A stretch of 64,000 bases of DNA, taken from NCBI GenBank assembly GCA_964623205.1, contig CAZUQX010000001.1, positions 153,954 to 217,953 on the forward strand, given 5' to 3'. The DNA is from an uncultured Candidatus Bathyarchaeia archaeon (GTDB lineage: Archaea > Thermoproteota > Bathyarchaeia > Bathyarchaeales > Bathyarchaeaceae). The notes beneath the pieces are model-generated. The model made no database searches. It was not told the origin of the DNA and saw nothing but the letters and a program-made list of their open reading frames with translations. The stretch's first letter is position 1. Each line of letters opens with the position of its first letter. Shown one piece after another: positions 55,150-62,949 of this stretch. Both the position numbers and the translations under genes were made by a program.

Positions 55150-57375
55150 ATGCCGAGGCAGCGAAGAAAATCGGGTCTAAGGGTTCTCAAGGCTGCGTCA
55201 TCCTCCTTGCGTATGCAGCTTCTTCTCATTCTTGTAGACAAGGGACCTCAGTCCTACACTGACCTCATGAAGATTCTGAAGCTCAATCCAAGCAGAGACG
55301 CAGGAAGGTTCGCCTATCACCTCAAATACCTCCTCAAAGCCGACCTTATAGAACCTGACGTAGACAACAAGGAATACCGCATAACTGACCTCGGCAAAAC
55401 CATGATCAGTTTCACAGAGGACATCCAGCAACAGTTTTTCCAAAGAAAAAAGATTCTCGTTCGAACCTCCCGCCTAGCCATGGAAGAATTTGACAGAAAC
55501 AAGATTGTTGAATCCTTGGTAAAGGAGGCAAACGTCCCCATATCCCAAGCTCAGAAAATCGCTAGAGAAACCGAAAAACGCCTCTTAGAGTTTAAGACAA
55601 AATACTTGACAGCTCCTCTAATACGGGAAATTGTCAACGCCATCCTCATAGAAAAAGGCCTAGAAGAATACCGCCACAAACTCACACGCCTCGGACTCCC
55701 AGTCTTCGACGTAAATCAACTGATAACGTCAACTGGCACCACATCCCAGAGCGTGGGAGCGATTCACCAAGCGGCTGCTGACGCCGTCATGGAAGAGTAC
55801 ACCCTCCTCAACGTTCTTCCAAGAGATATTGCCGACGCCCACCTTTCTGGAGGTCTCCACCTCAAAAATCTCGGAACCTGGGTTTTGAAACCTGACCAAT
55901 TCATGCATGACCTACGCTTTTTCCTTCAAGGGGGATTGAGCCGTGGAGGACTGAACCTTCAGGAGCCATCTTATTTTCCGCCCAAAAGCCTAGAAAGCGC
56001 GCTACTAACAGCTTCCAACATTCTGAAAATCGCTGCCAGAGAAGTCTCTGGAGAACAGGCTCTGGACTTCTTCAACATCTTTTTAGCCCCCTTCACTCAA
56101 GGTCTTTCAGAAGAAAGAATTAGCGACGGGCTACGCCTCTTTGTCTCAAACTTGAATCAACCCCTCTCAGAGGGAGGTTCAGTGGGAGCTTCCTTGGGTC
56201 TAGAATTTCTCGTCCCTGACTTCCTGAAAGAGGAGGAAGCCATTGGACCTGAAGGAAAAAATGTAGGATGTTACGGAGATTTTGTTGAGGAAAGCCGCCG
56301 CCTAGCCTCCATTCTTCTCAAGGTCATTTCTGAAGATGACATGCATAAACCAGTTTTCAATCCACGTTTGGTAATAAAGATACGCCCTGAAGTCCTCGAA
56401 GACAGGGAATGCACCTCTCTTCTCTTCGAGTCTCATAAACTTGCGGCTGAAACAGGTCTTCCCTACTTCGCTAACCTCTGTCCAAAGGAACAGATGAGGG
56501 CATCTTATACTTCAACTGGTTTCAGGCTAGCGTCTGAATGGAGAGGAGACTGGGAACTGGATACCCTGCAGACAGGTAGCGTGGACAGCGCGATAGTGAA
56601 CTTGCCGAGGGTCATGTATGAAGCAGAGGGCAGAGAAACCAACTTTTTCCGCCTATTAGACGAGCAACTGGAAATGGCTTTACGGGCCTTGGAGATAAAA
56701 TATCGAACCATCAAACAACGGGCAAGGGAACATCTTCTCCCATTCCTGATGCAGAAGACTGACGGAGACCAATACTTCAGAATCAAAAACTCCGTCCGCC
56801 TCGTCAGCTTCGTAGGCTTGAACGAAACCATCCAAGCGTTCTTCGGGAAACCCTTACGGCAAGATGGCGAGACCCTCGATTTTGCCAAGAAAATAGTTAC
56901 TTATCTTTCCAGTGACATTAAGAAGTATTCAAGGAAGCCTGAGACCCGAGCGTCCCTAGCTATGATGCCTGCCGCCGATGCCGCGAAAAGACTGGCAGAA
57001 CTTGATGCGGAAAAATATGGGTGGGCAAAGGTTCGTGCCCAAGGCACAAGAGAAAAACCTTTCTACACTGACTTGGTTGCCCTGCCGTTAGGAGTCGACG
57101 TTTCCTGGAAAGAACGGTTAAGGGTTGAGGAGAAATTCCACAGGTTGACTTCGGGAGGTCACTTAGCCGTTTTGCCGCTCGTTGACTCTGAGCAAGAGCC
57201 GGATGAATTGGTTTCGTTCACCAAAGGTGTCGCTGGAACTTACGGGGTTGGGCTCTACGTTTTCAATCGGAATATTGCCTATTGTGCGAGTTGCCAGAAG
57301 ACTTTCATTGGGAAATTGGCGAGGTGCCCGTCATGTGGATCCGTTAATATGCTCCAGTCCTTCAGTCGTATATAA
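55150..57375 (+). CDS. wHTH + ATP-cone + NrdD-like (class III RNR-like) protein lacking catalytic Cys and the glycyl-radical motif
   Basis: ArsR-like wHTH (residues about 15-95), ATP-cone (KILVRTSRLAMEEFDRNKIVESL...), then colinear similarity to the downstream NrdD (ADAHLSGGLH, FLAPF, GLPYFANL, NLPRV, CASC..CPSCGS). It ends ...SFSRI* without a GY motif. Confidence 0.75.
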   Translation: MPRQRRKSGLRVLKAASSSLRMQLLLILVDKGPQSYTDLMKILKLNPSRDAGRFAYHLKYLLKADLIEPDVDNKEYRITDLGKTMISFTEDIQQQFFQRKKILVRTSRLAMEEFDRNKIVESLVKEANVPISQAQKIARETEKRLLEFKTKYLTAPLIREIVNAILIEKGLEEYRHKLTRLGLPVFDVNQLITSTGTTSQSVGAIHQAAADAVMEEYTLLNVLPRDIADAHLSGGLHLKNLGTWVLKPDQFMHDLRFFLQGGLSRGGLNLQEPSYFPPKSLESALLTASNILKIAAREVSGEQALDFFNIFLAPFTQGLSEERISDGLRLFVSNLNQPLSEGGSVGASLGLEFLVPDFLKEEEAIGPEGKNVGCYGDFVEESRRLASILLKVISEDDMHKPVFNPRLVIKIRPEVLEDRECTSLLFESHKLAAETGLPYFANLCPKEQMRASYTSTGFRLASEWRGDWELDTLQTGSVDSAIVNLPRVMYEAEGRETNFFRLLDEQLEMALRALEIKYRTIKQRAREHLLPFLMQKTDGDQYFRIKNSVRLVSFVGLNETIQAFFGKPLRQDGETLDFAKKIVTYLSSDIKKYSRKPETRASLAMMPAADAAKRLAELDAEKYGWAKVRAQGTREKPFYTDLVALPLGVDVSWKERLRVEEKFHRLTSGGHLAVLPLVDSEQEPDELVSFTKGVAGTYGVGLYVFNRNIAYCASCQKTFIGKLARCPSCGSVNMLQSFSRI

Positions 57376-57555
57376 GCAAAACACTCATTTTAGTCAATAG
57401 AGTTTCCTAGATTCCGCCGTCCTATCTTAACGGTGCGATATCTAGGTGTCAATCAGACTTGCTGCTTATACAGAATTTTATACTGTTTACACTAAAAAAC
57501 TTAATAAACAAAGCTATACCTAAGATGTTATCTCGCCAGTAAAGAGGTAATTCTC

Positions 57556-57861
57556 ATGGGCTTTTCAAACGATTTCGGTGGCACCCCTGCGCATCCTTCA
57601 GCCAACGGCATAGTGGTCTACACAACCACTGGCTGCACCAGATGTGACATGCTGAAAAAATGGTTAAAAAATAAAGATGCAAATTTTGAGGAAAAAAATC
57701 TGGAAGATTCTGAAGTTATGGCTGATCTAGTTATGAGAAACTTCGTGGTATTGGCGGCGCCAGCCGTAGAGCTTGAAGGAACTGTTTATACAGAGAACCA
57801 AATCTTCGAGAGCAACGGCTTGATTAACCCCCATTTCTCAAAACTTTTCGAGGGCATGTAA
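57556..57861 (+). CDS. glutaredoxin/NrdH-like redoxin
   Basis: VVYTTTGCTRCDMLKKWL (CxxC on a thioredoxin fold). The stop TAA directly abuts the nrdD ATG. Confidence 0.7.
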   Translation: MGFSNDFGGTPAHPSANGIVVYTTTGCTRCDMLKKWLKNKDANFEEKNLEDSEVMADLVMRNFVVLAAPAVELEGTVYTENQIFESNGLINPHFSKLFEGM

Positions 57862-60063
57862 ATGACTGAAGTGATTCAAAAACTTCGACCCGCTGTTAGG
57901 AAAACCGACGGCTTCATGGTACCGTGGGATCGAGGGGAAATCGTGGAACAGCTCCTAACAGAGACGAAACTAGCTGAGGAATTCTATGAAACAAGGTCCA
58001 TAAGCAAAGAAGAGGCTGAAGAGATAGCCTTTGAGGTGGAACGGAAGGTCTTTGACCTACAGCTTAAGTTCATCAGCGGACCCCTCATACGAGAACTGGT
58101 GAACAATGTCCTTCTCGCAAAGTCCAGAGAGAAACCCGAATTTGCTCTCTACAGAAACATTTTGACTAGGGTAGGCGCGCCCGTCTATAACGCCTATCTG
58201 ATGGACATGGGAAAGGGTTTCAAGGCAAAGGAAAACGCGAATCTTCAACCTAATCCTGAGACCGCCCATAAGAGGAAGGCTGACTGGGTTTCGGGAGAAG
58301 AATACCTGCTGTTGATGCCTCCGAAGATCGCTGACGCGCATCTGTCCGGAGACCTCCACATCCATGACTTGGAGTATTTCGGAACGAGACCTTTCTGCCA
58401 GGATTGGGACCTCCGCTACTTCTTCTATTACGGGTTGATGCCGGATGGAATCGGCACGAGAACAAGCATTGCTGGGCCGGCTAAGCATGCGGAGGTGGCG
58501 ATTCTGCACACTGCTAAGATTCTGGCTTCTGCTCAGACAAACTTTGCTGGTGGCGAGGGTTTCTATAACTTTCTGGTCTTCCTAGCTCCTTATGTTAGGG
58601 GTGTAAGTTACGAGCGGATTAAGCAACTTATGCAGATGATGTTCTTTGAGTATACTCAGGCTTATGTAGCCAGAGGTGGGCAGCTGGTCTTCAGTAACAT
58701 TCAGGTGCAGCCTGGGGTTCCTGAGCTGTGGAGAAACGTTCCTGTGGTGATGCACGGACATGTTGGACCGGACGTTTACGGCGATTACGAGGATGAAGTT
58801 CGTCTCATGTTTCGCGCTCTTTATGATGTGGCTTATCAGGGTGACTATTGGGGAAAGCCCTTCAACTTTCCGAAACTTGAGAACTCTTTGAGTCCAGAGT
58901 TTTTCAAGCCAGAATATGACGATGTGTGGCTTGACGTTCACAAGGTTGTAGCCAAGTTTGGGCTGCCTTACTTTGATAATCTGATGCCGGCTTACAGGGG
59001 CTACGGTAAAGGGGTTTCCTGTTATCAGTGCTGTGCCTACTGTTTTGTTGAAACTCCGGAAGACAGCGAGGACTTTGAGGATAAGCTCTACTTCAACAAC
59101 GGAAAGCATTTCACCATGGGAAGCTGGCAGGTTACGAGTCTGAATCTTCCAAGGATAGCTTACAGAGCCAATGGAAATGACGAGAAGCTCTTTGAGGAGA
59201 GCCGCAGGCTGATGGACTTAGCTCTTGAAGTGTTCATAGCCAAGAAGAAATGGATGAACCTTGTTCTGAAGCATAATCGGATACCCTTCGCTACCCAACG
59301 TCCCTTGGATCCTCGTACTGGCGAGAAGGGAACTCAGGCTGTGGACTTTGATCAACTGACCTTTACGATAGGTCTTGTGGGAGGAAACGAGATGGCTCAG
59401 CATCACACCGGCTACCAACTGCACGAAAACTCGGAAGCAGTTAAGATTCTGGTTAAGCTGATTCTTGAGATGCAGAAATATAAGAAGGTGCTGGAGGAGC
59501 GAAGCGGCTACAAGATTGCGTTAGCTAGGACGCCGGCTGAGTCCACAGCCCAGAGATTCGCAATTGCTGATCTCCTTACGAACGGTTATCGAGACAATGC
59601 GGAGAAGCTTGTTAAGGGAAATGTGGAGCAAGCCAAGTTTCTCCTTGCTGAAAGAAAGAAGGATGTTCCTGTCTATTACAGCAATGGGACGCATGCTTAT
59701 GTAGGCGCTAAGATGGGGTTGTTTGACCGGATGAACCTTGAGCAGAAGTTCTTCCCCCTCTTGAATGGTGGAAACATGTTACATATCTGGCTGGGAGATG
59801 CTTCTCCGGATCCTGAAGCTCTCTATAAACTGACCAAGAGGATCACCACTAAGAGCAACATAGGTTACTACGCATACACTAAGGACTTAACCGTCTGCAG
59901 CGACTGTGGAAAAGTCACTTCGCCCATACGTGAACAGTGTCCCCACTGCGGCTCCACCCAAGTAGAATGGTGGTCCAGAGTAACAGGCTACTATCAAGCA
60001 GTGAGCGGATGGAACAAAGGCAAAAGACAAGAACTAATAGACAGATACAGAACCGGACTGTAA
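57862..60063 (+). CDS. nrdD: anaerobic (class III) ribonucleoside-triphosphate reductase
   Basis: ATP-cone at the N-terminus, ADAHLSGDLHIHDL, the Cys-rich loop SCYQCCAYCF, the C-terminal CSDCG...CPHCGS zinc site and the SRVTGYY glycyl-radical motif. Confidence 0.88.
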   Translation: MTEVIQKLRPAVRKTDGFMVPWDRGEIVEQLLTETKLAEEFYETRSISKEEAEEIAFEVERKVFDLQLKFISGPLIRELVNNVLLAKSREKPEFALYRNILTRVGAPVYNAYLMDMGKGFKAKENANLQPNPETAHKRKADWVSGEEYLLLMPPKIADAHLSGDLHIHDLEYFGTRPFCQDWDLRYFFYYGLMPDGIGTRTSIAGPAKHAEVAILHTAKILASAQTNFAGGEGFYNFLVFLAPYVRGVSYERIKQLMQMMFFEYTQAYVARGGQLVFSNIQVQPGVPELWRNVPVVMHGHVGPDVYGDYEDEVRLMFRALYDVAYQGDYWGKPFNFPKLENSLSPEFFKPEYDDVWLDVHKVVAKFGLPYFDNLMPAYRGYGKGVSCYQCCAYCFVETPEDSEDFEDKLYFNNGKHFTMGSWQVTSLNLPRIAYRANGNDEKLFEESRRLMDLALEVFIAKKKWMNLVLKHNRIPFATQRPLDPRTGEKGTQAVDFDQLTFTIGLVGGNEMAQHHTGYQLHENSEAVKILVKLILEMQKYKKVLEERSGYKIALARTPAESTAQRFAIADLLTNGYRDNAEKLVKGNVEQAKFLLAERKKDVPVYYSNGTHAYVGAKMGLFDRMNLEQKFFPLLNGGNMLHIWLGDASPDPEALYKLTKRITTKSNIGYYAYTKDLTVCSDCGKVTSPIREQCPHCGSTQVEWWSRVTGYYQAVSGWNKGKRQELIDRYRTGL

Positions 60064-60184
60064 AAGCCTTCGCAAATGTTACGGGAACACAGAACAATCT
60101 CTAAATCTGCCTTTTTTCAGTCCTTGTACAGTAAATTTAAAATAGCGGCTGTGTGAATCATTGCGCAGAATTACATAATCTCAT

Positions 60185-61273
60185 TTGGAGTGTCAAAACA
60201 CAAAAATGGCAAAGGCCAGAAATAACGGAACCTGTAAGGGTTCATCCCCTGGGTTGTCGGATTTACGACCAAACGGCTGGAGTGACAATCGTGAACGCCA
60301 ACTGAAACTTAAACGGCAGTCATGGCAGGTTATGGTTGGCAACACAATATTTCTTGAAGCAAGAAACTTGGTTCCTATTCTGGGTTGTGAACGTGTCTAT
60401 CTGAAGTTTGAGGGCAGCAATCCTACTGGAACGCAGAAAGACCGCATAGCCATGATACTTGCTGATCAGGCAGTCACCTCAGGGCTAGAAGGAATTACAA
60501 CCGCAACCTGCGGCAACTTTGGTGTGGCTGTCGCCTACGCTGCACGCCATTATGATTTGGCTGCCCACATCTATATCCCCAAGAAATATGATGTGCCAAA
60601 GGATAGGCTGAAACGTATGGAAAATTTTGGGGCAAAAGTTCACTTTGTGGACGGTTACTATGAGGATACAGTGGCTTACTCTTCACAGCAGGCAATAGAG
60701 CACCATTGGTTTGACGCCAATCCTGGAGTAAACGAGGTCCCCGAATTGTCATTAGCTGCCTATGGAGAAATTTCGATTGAGATTTACCGCGATTTAAGGC
60801 GGGTTCCCAACTATATTTTCTGTCCTGTTGGAAACGGCACTTCTCTTGCAGGCATCTACGCGGGCTTCAAAAAACTGTACCTGTCAGGTAAGACCATGAC
60901 AGTTCCGAAGATGGTTGCTACCAGCACACGGCGAGGCAATCCCATCATAAAGTCCTTTAAAGAAAATAACCGAACAATAGTTGATTTAAACCCTGAAGAA
61001 ATCAAAGAGAGCAAAGTCAATGAGCCGCTAACTAACTGGCATGCATTCAATGGACAACTTGCCTTAGACGCAATTTATGAATCTGGAGGCTTCGCAGAAT
61101 ATGCTTCAGACACAAAAATGATGGAGTTCTCAAAGCTGGTTCGCTCAGAAGAGGGTCTAAGTGTTCTTCCCGCAGCCGCTAGCACCCTCGCTGTCATGCA
61201 AACTCTCGGCAGAAACGGTTTCATCGTAAAAGGAACATTCGTGGCAATCCTGACTGGAAGAGACTTCGACTAA
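60185..61273 (+). CDS. fold-type II PLP-dependent enzyme (Thr synthase / Cys synthase / TrpB-like superfamily)
   Basis: YLKFEGSNPTGTQKDRIA (PLP-lysine motif) and TATCGNFGVAVAYAA. The true start may be internal (MVGNT, about 60332). Confidence 0.65.
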   Translation: MECQNTKMAKARNNGTCKGSSPGLSDLRPNGWSDNRERQLKLKRQSWQVMVGNTIFLEARNLVPILGCERVYLKFEGSNPTGTQKDRIAMILADQAVTSGLEGITTATCGNFGVAVAYAARHYDLAAHIYIPKKYDVPKDRLKRMENFGAKVHFVDGYYEDTVAYSSQQAIEHHWFDANPGVNEVPELSLAAYGEISIEIYRDLRRVPNYIFCPVGNGTSLAGIYAGFKKLYLSGKTMTVPKMVATSTRRGNPIIKSFKENNRTIVDLNPEEIKESKVNEPLTNWHAFNGQLALDAIYESGGFAEYASDTKMMEFSKLVRSEEGLSVLPAAASTLAVMQTLGRNGFIVKGTFVAILTGRDFD

Positions 61274-61302
61274 ATCCTTCCCAAACAGTCCCGCATTTGG
61301 GA

Positions 61303-61836
61303 CTACAGCATTCTTTTCACGGTTACATCGTTTTCGGAAATGGAGACTGTCTCAAATCCATGTTTTGCATAGAAGTGTTGCAGAGGAATTCCTTTCTCGT
61401 CCTTTAATTCAGTGTCCAAAACTATTGCCTGATACTGTTTTGTTTTTGCCCAGCGAATCAGAAACTCCATGACAACGTCTCCGATGCCTTCGCCTCTGCG
61501 TCTGACAACGAAAGTGTCCAAATAGAATGATTTTGCCTGTTCGTCTGGAATCGAGTAGCCAAGAAGAAAAATTTGGGGCTCACTATCCACTATGATAAAC
61601 CAGAAAACCAGCTCTGGTTTTTCAAGATTCTTCGTTAATTCTTCAAAGGAATACTGTAACTCCCGCCTGAAGCCCGCTTCTTCCATGCTGTGAAACCATG
61701 AGAAGTAATGTCTGTTCCATTCTGTTGGAAAAACTATGTTCATTTCTCCCTTGAATATCTTGGCTAGTTCGCGTAAGAGCTGCTGCCAAAGAGGATTATC
61801 TTTTTCTGGTTGGAGTATCGGTTTTGTTTTGCTCAC
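61303..61836 (-). CDS. GNAT-family N-acetyltransferase
   Basis: VVRRRGEGIGDVVMEFLIRWAK (acetyl-CoA-binding R/Q-x-x-G-x-G motif). 177 aa. Confidence 0.7.
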   Translation of the reverse strand: MSKTKPILQPEKDNPLWQQLLRELAKIFKGEMNIVFPTEWNRHYFSWFHSMEEAGFRRELQYSFEELTKNLEKPELVFWFIIVDSEPQIFLLGYSIPDEQAKSFYLDTFVVRRRGEGIGDVVMEFLIRWAKTKQYQAIVLDTELKDEKGIPLQHFYAKHGFETVSISENDVTVKRML

Positions 61837-61889
61837 AGTTTCTTTTCTCCCCCAATGCTATTCATTGACTAGCTTGATTTATGAATGTT

Positions 61890-62882
61890 TTATAGTTTGA
61901 GACCATAGCGGCTGCATGCAGATTCGAGAAGCCTGCAGACAAGCTCATCGTAGGTGTAGCCAGATTTCATTGTCATATAAGGATAGAATGACAGATCGTT
62001 TTCTTCTGTATCGAAATCCATGCCTGGCAGAGGATTAATTTCCAAGAAAAACAGTTTCCCTTCACTGTCCATACGGAAGTCTATTCTAGCAAAATCTTTA
62101 GTTTCCAACGCATACCAGATGTCCACTGAAAGCCGCTCAAGTGTGTTCTTCAGTTTTTCTGGGATTTGTGCAGGACAAATATAGTGGTCCAACGAGTCTA
62201 GGACAGTTTTTGCTCGTTGCCCAAACACGCCACCTACTTCAGGGAACTTGGAGAAATCGATCTCCAGAATCGAAAGAGCCTCTGGGTCTTCGCCTGCCCG
62301 TCCTAGTAGTCCAGTGCTGAATTCTCTGCCCTCAATGAACTGCTCAACTAGTATCGGCTGTTGATACTCTCTGAGCATCTGCCTTAGTCTTGTGTGTAGC
62401 TGTGCTTTGTTGTGTACCAGGTTTTCTTCGGTGATTCCGATCGAGGACCCTTCTTCGTTGGGCTTCAGGAAGTAAGGGAAGCCCTCGTTGATTTTCTCTG
62501 CCTCTTGGAGGTTTTGGCATACACAAAATTTTGGCGTCGAAATTCCATGATAAAGGAGAATCTTTTTTGTCCATGCTTTGTTGAGGCAAATCGCAGTGGT
62601 CAGCACATTCGAGCCAACATAGGGTATGTTCAGCATTTCAAGTATGGCGGGCACATGCGATTCGCGGCTGTCCCCTCTTAGCCCCTCTGCTCGGTTAAAG
62701 ACAATGTCTGGTTTTGCCTTTTTGATGTTTTCGGCAAAGTTTTCGTCAGCTTCAACAAAGACGTACTCGTGTCCAGTGGCTTCGATGCCATGTTTTATGA
62801 GTTCAATAGTGTGCGGGGGATCGTACTCGACCTCGAATTCGGTTTCTGCGTGGCGCGTATTCAGAACTAATGCTATCCGCAT
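61890..62882 (-). CDS. ATP-grasp ligase of the D-Ala-D-Ala ligase family
   Basis: 330 aa. It has a Ddl-like layout (MRIALVLN..., KAWTKKILLYHGISTPKF, FLKPNEEGSSIGI, EQFIEGREFSTGLLG, FLEINPLPGM). Confidence 0.75.
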   Translation of the reverse strand: MRIALVLNTRHAETEFEVEYDPPHTIELIKHGIEATGHEYVFVEADENFAENIKKAKPDIVFNRAEGLRGDSRESHVPAILEMLNIPYVGSNVLTTAICLNKAWTKKILLYHGISTPKFCVCQNLQEAEKINEGFPYFLKPNEEGSSIGITEENLVHNKAQLHTRLRQMLREYQQPILVEQFIEGREFSTGLLGRAGEDPEALSILEIDFSKFPEVGGVFGQRAKTVLDSLDHYICPAQIPEKLKNTLERLSVDIWYALETKDFARIDFRMDSEGKLFFLEINPLPGMDFDTEENDLSFYPYMTMKSGYTYDELVCRLLESACSRYGLKL

Positions 62883-62949
62883 AAAGGATTATCCCGCCTG
62901 AAAAATGAATCCAATATAATTAAACTCCCAGTTCTTTGAGTTTGTTTTG

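Noticed and set aside
53581-57402. Shared 9-mer AGTCAATAG (53581-53589 and 57394-57402), which could link the ArsR operators to the nrdH upstream region
   Set aside because: A single 9-mer match in 64 kb on two strands is expected by chance about 0.5 times. The second site lacks the palindromic partner.
57373-57420. Stop-codon readthrough or frameshift restoring a glycyl-radical motif in the NrdD-like protein
   Set aside because: Downstream of TAA the in-frame sequence reads AKHSF then a second stop. No RxxGY-like sequence appears in any frame within the next 100 nt. The upstream catalytic cysteines are also missing, so the loss is not a single lesion.
55113-57520. Shared heptamer CTATACC downstream of the TATA-like boxes of both the 55150 gene and nrdH (55113-55119; 57514-57520)
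   Set aside because: It is too short to be significant, and only the first site is part of a palindrome. I mention it only as a hint inside the main finding.
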